Position numbers and translations under genes: made by a program. From the NCBI GenBank assembly GCA_963809485.1, contig CAWEJX010000020.1, positions 160,001 through 224,000 of the forward strand: 64,000 nucleotides of DNA, in the 5' to 3' direction. Source of the DNA: an uncultured Acidobacteriota bacterium. Lineage in GTDB: Bacteria; Acidobacteriota; UBA6911. The notes beneath the pieces were generated by a model that searched no databases, had not been told where the DNA came from, and worked only from the letters and a program-made list of their open reading frames with translations. Position 1 is the first letter of the stretch; each line of letters opens with the position of its first letter. Positions 37,682 to 53,059 of the stretch are shown piece after piece.

Positions 37682-38084
37682 AGTCAGGCACCTCCGGCAA
37701 AGCCGGAGGCTTGAAAGATTTGAACCGCTCAAAGCGGTTGGACTAGTTACGCCGGTCTTGAACGCTGACTTACGCGGGCAAAAGCCGATGAGGCGCTTCC
37801 GATCCCCGTAGGGGCCAGCGCTCCGCGCTGGACAGTTTTCTGCGGCGGCACTGTGGCAAGCGCCGTGCGGCAAGGAGATGAAGGGTATGAGAAACCGGGC
37901 GTTTGCCACAGTGCCGCCGCAGAAAACCCCATCGGAAGCGCCTCATCGGCTTTTGCTCGCCGACCTTCGCCGAACAAATCGGCGTTTGTCAGCGCTTTTA
38001 TCAGCGTTTCTCAGCGTTTCAAAATACCGAGCCGTCAAACTCCTTGAGTCCCCCAGCAGAGCCGGGAGTTTGCCAATGTAATTA
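37682..38084 (-). mobile_element. Family A copy A4 with nested inverted-repeat inserts
   Basis: Both family A ends; insert 37774-37960 with two pairs of 30-bp inverted arms and a GTAG-led palindrome. Confidence 0.85.
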
Positions 38085-38115
38085 AACCACAAAGGTCTCG
38101 AAACTCGAAGAGCAT

Positions 38116-38147
38116 AAAAAAAGCCCCGGAACAGGTCCGGGGCTTTT
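38116..38147 (-). terminator. rrn intrinsic terminator
   Basis: AAAAGCCCCGGA-N5-TCCGGGGCTTTT immediately after 5S. Confidence 0.85.
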
Positions 38148-38154
38148 ATATTTA

Positions 38155-38272
<118 letters not shown>

Positions 38273-38423
38273 AATCATAAAACGTTTCGGGTTTCGCGTT
38301 CCCCGTTGCACGGTTACCGCAGAATCGCTTTACAACCAGATAACGGCGATCAGTCTCTTCAGCCCACAACGGGAAACCGGAAACGGACGGAAACCCAATG
38401 GATTTCAAGCAGGGCAAATTTTA

Positions 38424-41449
<3,026 letters not shown>

Positions 41450-41593
41450 CACTTGAAATCAATAGATTTCATGCGGGCAATTTCTGGCCCCTTGTTGTCT
41501 ATTTACCCGTCGTTATCTGGTTGTCAAAGAACAATCCGGTAAATACCGGAGGTTAAGGACTCCACCGAGCCCTTAACTTCCGATACACCTGGT

Positions 41594-41895
41594 GTCCGCC
41601 TTCGCTTCGCTATGGCGGACAAGCCCGCTTGGCCTAGCTACCACGAAAAAGCACGGATTGCCAGCCGAAGCCCGCCTTAGATGCGGTTTATCAGCCCGCC
41701 TTCGCTCCGCTTCGGCGGGCGAAGGTTGGTGGAGGTAAGCGGATTTGAACCGCTGACCCCCTGCTTGCAAAGCAGGTGCTCTTCCAGCTGAGCTATACCC
41801 CCGATATGCGCGCTTTCGTCCCGCCTTCGCGCTGCTTCGGCGGGCAGCCCTCGCTAAAACCCCGGCTTGCCAGCCGGAGCTTTAGCAAAGGCTGG
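41594..41895. repeat. REP-like palindromes (CCGCCTTCGC-N4-GCTWYGGCGG type) in the ITS, next to both tRNA 3' ends
   Basis: Copies at about 41594-41620, 41693-41720 and 41820-41846, plus TTGCCAGCCGRAGC units at about 41658 and 41866. Confidence 0.7.
41727..41802 (-). tRNA. tRNA-Ala(TGC)
   Basis: GGGGGTATAGCTCAG...TTGCAA...GGTTCAAATCC...CCACCA, 76 nt. Confidence 0.97.
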
Positions 41896-41969
41896 TGGGC
41901 CTAGGTAGAGTCGAACTACCGACCTCACCCTTATCAGGGGTGCGCTCTAGCCAACTGAGCTATAGGCCC
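41893..41969 (-). tRNA. tRNA-Ile(GAT)
   Basis: GGGCCTATAGCTCAG...CTGATAA...GTTCGACTC...CCACCA, 77 nt. Confidence 0.97.
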
Positions 41970-42079
41970 ATCTTCGTTATCAGCCATTACCCGCTCTTTC
42001 AACTGCGGGTCCAAAGCTTGTTGGCCAGCGATCCTAGATCTTTGAAAACTAGATAGGCGTGCCGGTCACCCCATTCCCT

Positions 42080-43624
<1,545 letters not shown>

Positions 43625-43729
43625 ACTCGAAGAGTCCTGAATCCGAAGATTCAGGCAACTGGTATTTCTCTTAGGAATAGGTGTGTTGGACACGCACTAT
43701 CTAGTTTTCAAAGATCTAGGCAGTCATAA

Positions 43730-44030
43730 ATCTTAGAACTTAAAACTCAGCTTGTCAAGTTGGGCTGAAATTTTACCAGATTTACAACCGACGAAGGATT
43801 TACCCAATCAGCAGACTGAGAATCCAGCCTCTAAAATCCGTTCAGCGATAAAGAAGCAGCTCCTATCTTAGGCGGAACCGCTTCGTTTGTCAAGCAGGTT
43901 TAATCATGCCCTTGCGCCGATTAAACTTACCCCATCGACTGACGAATCCTCAAGATTTCAAATAGTAAGCAAACACTCAATCTCATTGATTGAGAGCGTG
44001 CATAATACCGATCCGGCGGAGTCATGTAAA
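43730..44030 (-). promoter_or_regulatory. Three tandem sigma70 rrn promoters
   Basis: TTTACA-N17-TATTAT (44030-44002), TTGACA-N17-TAAGAT (43893-43865), TTGACA-N17-TAAGAT (43758-43730). Confidence 0.75.
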
Positions 44031-44206
44031 GCCCAAAATGCATGAATTTGCGCTTTTCTTTACCTTTTTGTCTAAAAAATCCCTGCCCGGCATGCCTCCC
44101 CGGGTTTTGCGGGTCTGCCGTCGAAAATCCCGGCAATCATCAGTAAAATCAATCCCATTCGGAGTGTCCCGTTCGGCAATTCCCATCATGGACATTTCCC
44201 CGGAGA

Positions 44207-44794
44207 TCACTTAGAACCGGAATCAAACCTGTCCAGCATCAGTGCGATCGCCCGCCAGTAGATCTGATGCTCCTGTTCAAGGATGCGGGCGGAAAGCGTT
44301 TCTTCGGTATCCCCATCCAAAACCTCTACGGCGCGCTGCAGCAGGATCGGCCCCGTATCCACTCCTTCATCCGCAATGTGTACCGTGCAACCGGACACCT
44401 TCACTCCGTGCTGAAGAGCCTGGCGCTGCGCGTGCAGCCCCGGAAAAGATGGAAGCAGCGCAGGGTGTATATTCAGGATCCTGTTCGGGAATGCCTTCAG
44501 CAAAACGGGGCTGATGATGCGCATGAATCCGGCCAGACAGATCAGCGCCGGGTCATAGGACCGCAGCGTATTCACAAGCATCCCGTCATACTCGGCCCGC
44601 TCCACGCCGGCCGAGGAAAGGCATACGGCGACCAGGCCGAAGTCGCGAGCCCGCGCCAGTCCCGCGGCACTTGCGACATTGCTGATAACGCAGCCGATGC
44701 GGGCATTCAGATCCCCGCGCTGAATCGCTTCGTGGATGGCTACGAAATTTGATCCGCGGCCCGAGAGAAGTATGGCAATGTTGCGATTTTCCAT
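44207..44794 (-). CDS. purN: Phosphoribosylglycinamide formyltransferase
   Basis: ILLSGRGSN, LAGFMRI, NIHPALLPSFPG, GCTVH, DTGPI, EQEH. Confidence 0.96.
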   Translation of the reverse strand: MENRNIAILLSGRGSNFVAIHEAIQRGDLNARIGCVISNVASAAGLARARDFGLVAVCLSSAGVERAEYDGMLVNTLRSYDPALICLAGFMRIISPVLLKAFPNRILNIHPALLPSFPGLHAQRQALQHGVKVSGCTVHIADEGVDTGPILLQRAVEVLDGDTEETLSARILEQEHQIYWRAIALMLDRFDSGSK

Positions 44795-44811
44795 GGCATC
44801 ACCCGCCTTAG

Positions 44812-45128
44812 GTAAGTATCTTCCGGCAGAGCCGAAGGCTTCAGGTTGGCTAATCCCTCCAAGGCGCCTGACTGCATCCGATAAAAGATTAAAGAGGTTC
44901 CATGCGCTATAGATGTTTTGGAACCGCAGAATGTCGAATAACGCGAATAACGAATGATGAATCTCGAAGTGCGGCGCTAACTTCTGCGGTTCAATATTCG
45001 AAATTCGACATTCGATATTCCGGTGTCCATAATCTTGGTCATTGTCCGGACATGGGAACAAAAAAATCCAGGATTTTTAAAACTCGTACTGCCTCCTCGG
45101 CAGAGCCGGTGGATCTCCCAATGGATTA
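44812..45128 (-). mobile_element. Non-autonomous element family B, copy B3 (between purF and purN)
   Basis: Collinear similarity with B1/B2 across both ends and the heptad core. Confidence 0.85.
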
Positions 45129-45183
45129 GCGAATCCCGTATAGCCGGATGCCGGCGGCCAATCAGGGCGCGGCGGTTTCCATC

Positions 45184-46611
45184 TCATCGCCTTTTGGCGC
45201 CCGGGCCTTTTTCGCTTTCGCCGAACAGACTTCCTTGTTTCTCCTCAGGAACCACTTCCGTGGGATAGTGATCCGTGAAGCATGCCGAACAATACCGCTG
45301 GCCGTCCATCACCGACCTCAGCACCGCATCGAGGCTCAGGTAGCCCAGCGTGTCCGCCCCGATGAAGCGGCAGATTTCTTCGACGGATTTCGTCGATGCG
45401 ATCAGCTCGCCCCGCGTGGGGATATCGATGCCGTAGTAGCAGGGCGCGACAATGGGAGGCGCCGTTACCCGGAAATGGATCTCCCTGGCCCCCGCCGCCC
45501 TCACAATCTGTACAATCTTCCTGCTCGTCGTGCCCCGCACGATGGAATCGTCCAGCAGAACGATGCGCTTCCCATTCAGGATCTCCCGGACCGGATTCAG
45601 CTTGACCTTCACGCCGAAATTGCGGATTGACTGCTTGGGCTCGATGAACGTGCGCCCGATGTAGTGGTTCCGGATCAGGCCGAACTCCAGAGAGACCCCG
45701 CTCTCATGGGAATATCCGATGGACGCGGAGACGCCCGAGTCCGGCACGGGCACAATCACATCGGCTTCCACAGGATGCTCGCGCGCCAGGTATTTGCCCA
45801 TTTCCCTGCGGCTGGTGTTGACGGTCCGGCCGAAAACAATGCTGTCCGGCCGGCTGAAATAGATATGCTCGAAAACGCACTGTGCCGGATTCTTTTTGGG
45901 AAGGGGCAGCTGGGACTCAAGACTGTTCTCCTCAATTCTCACAACCTCGCCGGGCTCGATGTCCCGGATGAATTCGGCGTTGATGAGATCAAAAGCACAG
46001 GTTTCCGAGGCTATCACATAGGAACCGTCCACGCGCCCTATCGACAGCGGCCGGAATCCATTCGGGTCTCTGGCTGCCAGGAGATATTCCGGCGTCAAGA
46101 GCACAAGACTGTAGGCCCCCTGAATCATCCGAAGCGCCTCGACAAAAGCTTCCTGCAGGGATCGGCGCCTGGAGCGGGAAATCAGATGCAAAATGACCTC
46201 GCTATCGCTGGTCGAATGAAAAATAGCCCCGTCGCGCTCCAGTTCGCGCCTCAGGGGCAATGCGTTGGTCAAATTGCCGTTGTGCGCCAGCGCGATGGGT
46301 CCCCTCCAGCAATCCACCAGTATCGGCTGCGCGTTCCAGTCCGCGCTCTCTCCCGCCGTCGAATAGCGAACATGCCCCAGGGCAGAATCACCTTGAAGGC
46401 GCGCCAGCCTCGTCTCGTCGAAGACGTCGGCCACGTAGCCCATCCCTTTTTCAAGGTGCAGCTTCTTCCTGTCGGAACTCGCGATGCCTGCGGACTCCTG
46501 CCCGCGGTGCTGGAGCGCGTAAATCCCCAGATAGGCGATTCGAGCCGCTTCAGGATGAGTAACGATTCCGAAAATTCCGCATTCTTCTTTCAGCTTGTCC
46601 CAGGTTTGCAT
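45184..46611 (-). CDS. purF: Amidophosphoribosyltransferase
   Basis: EECGIFG propeptide/Cys1, LQHRGQES, HVRYST, HNGN, VPDS, LLDDSIVRGTT, CYYGID, CSACF. Confidence 0.97.
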   Translation of the reverse strand: MQTWDKLKEECGIFGIVTHPEAARIAYLGIYALQHRGQESAGIASSDRKKLHLEKGMGYVADVFDETRLARLQGDSALGHVRYSTAGESADWNAQPILVDCWRGPIALAHNGNLTNALPLRRELERDGAIFHSTSDSEVILHLISRSRRRSLQEAFVEALRMIQGAYSLVLLTPEYLLAARDPNGFRPLSIGRVDGSYVIASETCAFDLINAEFIRDIEPGEVVRIEENSLESQLPLPKKNPAQCVFEHIYFSRPDSIVFGRTVNTSRREMGKYLAREHPVEADVIVPVPDSGVSASIGYSHESGVSLEFGLIRNHYIGRTFIEPKQSIRNFGVKVKLNPVREILNGKRIVLLDDSIVRGTTSRKIVQIVRAAGAREIHFRVTAPPIVAPCYYGIDIPTRGELIASTKSVEEICRFIGADTLGYLSLDAVLRSVMDGQRYCSACFTDHYPTEVVPEEKQGSLFGESEKGPGAKRR

Positions 46612-47193
46612 CTTGTTTTTGTTTCCCCGATATTTGCCTTTTTCCCGCGGCACCGGTTCTGCAACACGGGAGGTCGCCCTGTTGCCGTCAAGTACAATAT
46701 ATCATACGCAGCCTCCGGATGCCGCCAGAGGAACCGTCAAGGCAACCGTGAGTATCTCAGCCGCCCCATGCGGAACAACCGGTTTTGCCGGAGGACGGCG
46801 TTCTATGGATTCTTACATTCTTCCCCCCGCGCCGTCGGTCCCTTCCTCAGTCTTTTTCAGTATATTTCGGCGTTGCCGGATCGCGGAGCGGATACACCCT
46901 GTCTGGACCCCGGCAAAGATATGGAATTCCTGAAATTAATAAAAAACTGCAGGTTGCGGGTTTTGATCCGGCCGTCCGCGCCATTCGCGTCAGGTTGAAG
47001 TCGCCATTTCGGTTTCTTCGGCATCTTTTTCAGCCCACGGATCGGGATGCCGTGAAAAGAAGTGCCCCGGCCGTAATCTTTGACTTCGTCAACGGCAGGC
47101 CTTGATATACCATAGGAAGGACCCTGCCGTGGGTGAGGTTTGTGGCGCGCTTTTGGGTCACCCATTCAGAAAAAGAACAGAAAGGAATCGAAG

Positions 47194-48078
47194 ATGCCGG
47201 ACATCGACAGCCCCAAGGAAAACAAAGAATTCTGCCCCGATATTCCAGCCAGAAACACTCCCTTTTTCCTGAAAGGATCGGGTGCACTGGATTGGGGGAT
47301 GCAAAACCGCCTGGCGAGAATTTTTTCTCCCTTATCCGGACGCACCGTGATGCTGGCGATCGACCACGGATATTTCCAGGGTCCGACCTCCGGGCTGGAG
47401 CGGGTAGACCTGAACATTGTCCCCCTGGTGCCCTTTGCGGACGCCCTCATGCTCACACGCGGCATCCTCCGGACCACCATTCCTTCCTCTGAGAGCAAAG
47501 GGGTTGTTTTGAGAGCCAGCGGCGGCCCCAGCATCCTTAAGGAACTCTCGAACGAACAAATCGCGGTAGACATCGAAGATGCACTCCGTCTGAACGTGGC
47601 GGCCGTGGCCGTGCAGGTATTTATCGGCGGTGAATTTGAAACGCAGTCCATTCACAATATGACGCGCCTCGTGGATGTGGGGAATCGCTACGGCATCCCC
47701 GTCCTGGGCGTCACCGCTGTTGGGAAAAACATGACGCGCGACGCGCGCTATTTTCGCCTGGCCTGCAGAATTTGCGCCGAGCTGGGCGCGCACTTTGTCA
47801 AGACCTATTACATTCAGGAAGACTTTGAAACCGTGACCGCCTCCTGCCCGGTTCCCGTGGTCATGGCGGGCGGCAAAAAGCTTCCTGAACTGGAAGCCCT
47901 GGATATGGCATACAAGGCCGTCAGCGAAGGTGCCGCAGGGGTGGACATGGGGCGGAACATCTTTCAATCCGAAGCCCCCGAGGCCATGATTCAGGCCGTG
48001 CGAAAGGTCGTGCACGAAAATGCAAAGCCTCAAGAAGCCTTTGAGCTATTCCGGGCGCTGAAAAGCGAATCCAAATAG
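47194..48078 (+). CDS. lsrF: LsrF-family class I aldolase/thiolase
   Basis: [50 protein letters not shown]. Confidence 0.9.
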   Translation: MPDIDSPKENKEFCPDIPARNTPFFLKGSGALDWGMQNRLARIFSPLSGRTVMLAIDHGYFQGPTSGLERVDLNIVPLVPFADALMLTRGILRTTIPSSESKGVVLRASGGPSILKELSNEQIAVDIEDALRLNVAAVAVQVFIGGEFETQSIHNMTRLVDVGNRYGIPVLGVTAVGKNMTRDARYFRLACRICAELGAHFVKTYYIQEDFETVTASCPVPVVMAGGKKLPELEALDMAYKAVSEGAAGVDMGRNIFQSEAPEAMIQAVRKVVHENAKPQEAFELFRALKSESK

Positions 48079-48153
48079 CCCGCCGCGGCATAGGGCCTGC
48101 AAAGGCTGCGGCGCGGCGCTACCTACTCCGTTGCGAACCCAAACAGGAGCAGT

Positions 48154-50262
48154 ATGGAAAACCGCTGGTCGGACGAAAACGCGGCGCAATTTGCTGAAAA
48201 ATACGGCAAGTCCTGGGGCGAAGATCTGGCAATGGGTCTTTATGTTGCCTCTATCCTGGGGGCCGATGAAAACCTGGTCCTTCATGGAGGAGGCAACTCC
48301 TCGGTCAAGACTACTCATACGAATATTCTGGGCGAAACAAGCCCCGCGATTTATGTCAAGGCCTCCGGTATCAATATGGCCTTCATGGAACCCGACGGCT
48401 ACACGGGACTGGATCTGGGCCATCTGAGAAAGCTTCGCTCCCTGCCGGATCTCTCCGACGAAGGAATGGTCAATGAATTCCGCACCCATCTCCTGGACGC
48501 GCGTTCTGCAGCACCGTCTATGGAAACCCTCGTCCACGTTTTCATTGACAAAAAATTCGTCGACCATACTCACCCTGATGCCATACTGGCGCTTTCCAAC
48601 CAAATTGGCGGCAGAAAGCTGCTGGAAGAAGCCATGGGAGAGGGTGTGGTTCTGCTCCCCTATTCCCCCCCAGGATTCAAACTGGCAAAGGCTTTGGCAG
48701 CCGCATTGGATCAGCATCCGGCCGCCCGGGCCATTGTCCTGATGCAGCACGGACTTATAACCTGGGGAGAGACCGCCCGGGGAAGCTACCAAACCACTGT
48801 TGAATTGGTCGAAAGCGCGGAAAGATACCTGCGCAGGCACGCCCGAAATCCTTTGGTTCCCAGGATATCAACTTCTTTGCAGGAAGCCGGGGAGAGGTTC
48901 CGCAAGGTAGCCCCGATGGTCCGAGGATTGCTGGCTCAGCCAACCGGCAGTCCGGACCACCCCTGGGAACGCTTCATCGTGCAGCCGCTGATCAACCGGG
49001 ATATCCTTGATCTTGTCGATTCCGAACGCGGCCGGGAGATAGCATTGACGCCGCCGCTGACCTCGGATCACCTGATCCGGACCAAAGCCTACTACTTGTG
49101 GATCGATCAGCCCGAATGGGATGATCTCGACAGGCTCCGTCAGCAATTCGCCGCGGCCCTCGACGATTACGCGTCCGCCTATGATGCGTATCTGGACAAA
49201 TATGCAACGGCCATGCCCCCGGGAGTCGAAAAGATGGATTCGCGCCCGAGGGTAATTCTCGTTCCCGGACTCGGAGCGCTCTGTGCCGGGAAAGATATCG
49301 CGGCCTCAACCATCGTCCGCGACATAGCCGCACACACTCTCGCGGTCAAAGCTCAAATCGCCGCGATGGGGACCTATCAAGGAATGGAAGAAGGCGATCT
49401 CTTTCATATGGAGTATCGCCCGCTCCAGCATAATAAACTTCATGAAGCCAACCCGCTCCCGCTGGCGCGCACGGTTGCCCTGGTCACGGGAGCTGCGGGT
49501 GCGATCGGCTCGGGCATTACCCAGGAATTGCTGGAACAGGGGTGCCACGTGGCGGTTACGGACCTGGGGGGAGAACCGCTGACTCGGTTTGTAGGGGAAT
49601 TGAAGGTTTCGTTTGGAGCCCGCGTCATGGGAGTTCCGCTGGACATCACGGATCGCGCATCGGTCACAGAAGGATTTGAGGCGGTAATTCGGGCCTGGGG
49701 CGGGATAGACCTGTTTATCTTGAATGCCGGAATCGCCCACGTTGCGGCGCTATCGGATTTAAGCCTCGAATCCTTCAGAGAGCTGGAGAAGATCAACATC
49801 GAAGGAATGCTGATCATGCTCGCGGAATCTGGCCGCCTCCTGAAATTTCAAGCAACGGGCGGAGATATCGTCATGGTCTCGACTAAAAACGTTTTCGCGC
49901 CCGGCGCCCGGTTCGGAGCTTACAGCGCCACGAAAGCCGCCGGCCATCAACTGGCGCGCATCGCCAGCCAGGAGTTTGCCGAATTCGACGTCCGCGTCAA
50001 CATGGTTGCACCCGACGCAGTCTTCTCCCATGGGGCGCGCAAGTCCGGTCTCTGGACGGCGATTGGCCCGGACAGGATGAATGCCCGGGGGCTGAGCCCG
50101 GAGGGGCTGGAGGAATACTATCGGAACCGCAATCTGCTCAAAGCAAGGGTTACGGCGCGGCACGTAGCCAAAGCCGTACTTTATTTTGCGACGCGTCAAA
50201 CCCCCACGACCGGCGCGACCATACCCGTTGACGGCGGGCTTCCGGACGCAACGCCTCGATAA
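48154..50262 (+). CDS. Bifunctional class II aldolase / short-chain dehydrogenase (RhaEW-like)
   Basis: LHGGGNSSVK, PSMET, DHTHPD, HGL; TGAAGAIG, NAG, YSATK, PVDGG. Confidence 0.9.
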   Translation: MENRWSDENAAQFAEKYGKSWGEDLAMGLYVASILGADENLVLHGGGNSSVKTTHTNILGETSPAIYVKASGINMAFMEPDGYTGLDLGHLRKLRSLPDLSDEGMVNEFRTHLLDARSAAPSMETLVHVFIDKKFVDHTHPDAILALSNQIGGRKLLEEAMGEGVVLLPYSPPGFKLAKALAAALDQHPAARAIVLMQHGLITWGETARGSYQTTVELVESAERYLRRHARNPLVPRISTSLQEAGERFRKVAPMVRGLLAQPTGSPDHPWERFIVQPLINRDILDLVDSERGREIALTPPLTSDHLIRTKAYYLWIDQPEWDDLDRLRQQFAAALDDYASAYDAYLDKYATAMPPGVEKMDSRPRVILVPGLGALCAGKDIAASTIVRDIAAHTLAVKAQIAAMGTYQGMEEGDLFHMEYRPLQHNKLHEANPLPLARTVALVTGAAGAIGSGITQELLEQGCHVAVTDLGGEPLTRFVGELKVSFGARVMGVPLDITDRASVTEGFEAVIRAWGGIDLFILNAGIAHVAALSDLSLESFRELEKINIEGMLIMLAESGRLLKFQATGGDIVMVSTKNVFAPGARFGAYSATKAAGHQLARIASQEFAEFDVRVNMVAPDAVFSHGARKSGLWTAIGPDRMNARGLSPEGLEEYYRNRNLLKARVTARHVAKAVLYFATRQTPTTGATIPVDGGLPDATPR

Positions 50263-50264
50263 AA

Positions 50265-50293
50265 AACGTGGAACGTTCAACGTGCAACGTTCC
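50265..50293. repeat. AACGTKS heptad repeat (also at 57863-57891 and 63980-64000)
   Basis: AACGTGG-AACGTTC-AACGTGC-AACGTTC. Confidence 0.7.
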
Positions 50294-50317
50294 AGGAATG
50301 GATGCGGTGACAATGCA

Positions 50318-50923
50318 ATGATCGGACAACTTAGAGGCCACCTGGTCCTTAAGAAGCCGAACGCGATAATTCTGGATGTCCAGGGCGTCGGCTATGAAGT
50401 CAATATCCCCCTCACGACCTTCTTCGAGCTTCCCGTCGAAGGGAGCGAAGTGGCTTTGAAGGTCCATACGCATGTGCGCGAGGATGCGCTCCTGCTTTAC
50501 GGCTTCCATACGCAAAGGGAAAAGGACTTTTTCCTCAAACTGATCACCATCAGCGGGATCGGTCCCAAACTGGCAGTAGCCATCCTGTCGGGCGCTCGAG
50601 TGGAAGAACTTGCCCAGGCGATTGCCGAAGGGAACCTGGCTCGCCTCACTGCCATCCCGGGTGTCGGGCGGAAGACGGCGGAGAGACTGGTCCTCGAGCT
50701 TAAAAGCCAGATAACACAGTTTCTGCTTCCGGAGCAGGTTGAGGCTGCCCGGGAAGGAACCAAACCCAGCGCGCTGGAAGAAGACATTCTTTCGGCGCTG
50801 GTTAACCTGGGTTATCCGCGGGCTGCGGCGGAGAAAGCCCTCTCGACCGTGCTCCGTTCCGCGGAATGCGAGCGCACGTTTGAAGATGTATTGCGCACAA
50901 CGCTGCGCCGGCTGGCCGGATGA
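50318..50923 (+). CDS. ruvA: Holliday junction branch migration protein RuvA
   Basis: [48 protein letters not shown]. Confidence 0.97.
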   Translation: MIGQLRGHLVLKKPNAIILDVQGVGYEVNIPLTTFFELPVEGSEVALKVHTHVREDALLLYGFHTQREKDFFLKLITISGIGPKLAVAILSGARVEELAQAIAEGNLARLTAIPGVGRKTAERLVLELKSQITQFLLPEQVEAAREGTKPSALEEDILSALVNLGYPRAAAEKALSTVLRSAECERTFEDVLRTTLRRLAG

Positions 50924-50940
50924 CCGGCTGGATATCGAAT

Positions 50941-51972
50941 ATGGCAAAAAACGAACCCCACCCCACGCTTTTGAATCCTGTTTCCCAGAATGAAGAGAAG
51001 TCCTTCGAGCAGAGTCTGCGCCCACAAACGCTTTCTCAATACATCGGACAGCAAAAGGTCAAGGACAATATCGATATCAGCATACGGGCTGCGCTCAAAA
51101 GGCAGGAAGCCCTGGACCATGTGCTTCTGTACGGGCCGCCGGGACTGGGGAAAACAACCCTGGCAACCATCATTTCCAACGAAATGCACGTCGATATCCG
51201 GACGACCAGCGGTCCGGTGATTGAAAAACGGGGGGACCTGGCCGCGCTGCTGACGAACCTCAAGCCCAATGATGTTCTGTTCATCGATGAAATTCACCGT
51301 CTGCACCCGGCGATTGAAGAAATCCTCTATCCCGCCATGGAGGACTACTACCTGGACCTCATGATAGGGGAGGGCCCCGGAGCACGCAGCATCAAAATGC
51401 CGCTTCCGCGGTTCACCCTTGTGGGGGCAACAACGCGTGCCGGCCTTCTGACAGCGCCTTTGCGCGCGCGCTTCGGCATCATCCACCGGCTGGAGTTTTA
51501 CACCAGCGAAGACCTGCGCATCATCGTGAATCAATCCGCGCAGACTCTGGGGGTTGGCATTGACAATGAAGGAGCCTTGGAGATCGCCTCGCGAAGCCGC
51601 GGAACTCCCCGTATCGCGAACAGGCTGCTCCGGCGCGTCCGCGACTATGCGGAGGTTAAAAGCGACGGCCGCATAACACAGCCTATCGCCGTGGACGCGC
51701 TTCAAATGATGGAGGTGGACACCTACGGATTTGATGAGATTGATCGCAAACTGATGCTCACGATACTGGAAAAATATAACGGCGGCCCCGTGGGCTTGGG
51801 ATCGCTTTCCGCGGCAATCAACGAGGATGAAGATTCCATTGAGGACATCTACGAGCCATACCTCATCCAGATAGGGTTTCTCGATAGAACCCCCCGCGGG
51901 AGGATGGCAACCCGCAAGGCCTTCGAGCACTTCCGCATCCAATTGCCCTCCGATCAGAAAAAGTTGTTCTAG
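50941..51972 (+). CDS. ruvB: Holliday junction ATPase RuvB
   Basis: [53 protein letters not shown]. Confidence 0.98.
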   Translation: MAKNEPHPTLLNPVSQNEEKSFEQSLRPQTLSQYIGQQKVKDNIDISIRAALKRQEALDHVLLYGPPGLGKTTLATIISNEMHVDIRTTSGPVIEKRGDLAALLTNLKPNDVLFIDEIHRLHPAIEEILYPAMEDYYLDLMIGEGPGARSIKMPLPRFTLVGATTRAGLLTAPLRARFGIIHRLEFYTSEDLRIIVNQSAQTLGVGIDNEGALEIASRSRGTPRIANRLLRRVRDYAEVKSDGRITQPIAVDALQMMEVDTYGFDEIDRKLMLTILEKYNGGPVGLGSLSAAINEDEDSIEDIYEPYLIQIGFLDRTPRGRMATRKAFEHFRIQLPSDQKKLF

Positions 51973-52105
51973 ATCCGGAAGCCCGAGGGCAAAAACAACA
52001 CGGGACACTGGCTTCTGAACTCCTGCTTCCAGCTTCTCCATCCCCCGGCAAAAAGGCTAAACCACATATTTCGCGGTCGCAAAGTAGATAGTATACTGGG
52101 ACGCT

Positions 52106-53059
52106 ATGGCGAAACCGGCGGAGTCTGAAATCAAGATACATGAGCTGCAAAATGCGATCGAAACGGTTGTCCGGGGAAAACCGGAGGCTGTAAAACTCGC
52201 CCTGGTCTGCCTGCTGGCGGAGGGGCATCTGCTCATCGAGGATGTTCCCGGCGTGGGCAAGACAACCCTTGCCCATTCTCTCGCGCGCGTCTTCGACTGC
52301 ACGTTTCGCAGGATACAGTTCACCAGCGACCTGCTCCCATCGGACATTCTCGGGGTCTCCGTTTTCAGTCCTTCGGCCCAGGCATTCGATTTTCGCAGAG
52401 GCCCGATTTTCGCCAACATCGTTCTGGCCGACGAAATCAACCGGACGACGCCGAAAACCCAAAGCGCCCTTCTTGAAGCGATGAGCGAAGGCAAGGTCAG
52501 CGTGGACAATCACACCTATCCCCTGCCCCGCCCGTTCATGGTGGTCGCCACCCAGAATCCCATAGAGCATCATGGCACCTATCCGCTGCCCGACTCCCAG
52601 CTGGACCGTTTCCTCCTGCGCATAAAAATGGGCTATCCTGAGAATGAAGCCGAAAAGGAAATATTGCGTCGTGAAAACTGGATGCCGGATCTGGATCAAC
52701 TCCGTCCCGTCATGCAGGCGGACGATATACTGGCTGCTCAATCGGCGGTCAGAGGAGTCCGGGTCGACGAATCGCTGCTCGACTATATTATGGCCATCGT
52801 CGACGCCACCCGGCGGTCCGAATTTCTCATTATAGGGGCAAGCCCGCGGGGATCCCTGGCTCTGCGGCGGGCGGCGCAAGCTCTCGCTTATTTCGAGGGG
52901 CGCGATTACTGCATCCCGGACGACATCAAGCGGCTCGTCCTTCCGGTCCTGGCTCATCGGGTGATCGTCAGTTCCAAGTATTCCTCGCCCTATAGGCGCA
53001 GCGAGGAGGCGGAGGCAATTCTTGCGGAGATACTGGGGAGCATTGACGTTCCGCTCTGA
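52106..53059 (+). CDS. MoxR-family AAA+ ATPase
   Basis: DVPGVGKT, RIQFTSDLLPSD, DEINR, TQNP, QLDRF. Confidence 0.95.
   Translation: MAKPAESEIKIHELQNAIETVVRGKPEAVKLALVCLLAEGHLLIEDVPGVGKTTLAHSLARVFDCTFRRIQFTSDLLPSDILGVSVFSPSAQAFDFRRGPIFANIVLADEINRTTPKTQSALLEAMSEGKVSVDNHTYPLPRPFMVVATQNPIEHHGTYPLPDSQLDRFLLRIKMGYPENEAEKEILRRENWMPDLDQLRPVMQADDILAAQSAVRGVRVDESLLDYIMAIVDATRRSEFLIIGASPRGSLALRRAAQALAYFEGRDYCIPDDIKRLVLPVLAHRVIVSSKYSSPYRRSEEAEAILAEILGSIDVPL

Noticed and set aside
50271-50292. GTTC repeats upstream of ruvA as a canonical GTTC-N7-GTTC LexA box
   Set aside because: Spacing is N10, and the same heptad array occurs at non-SOS loci
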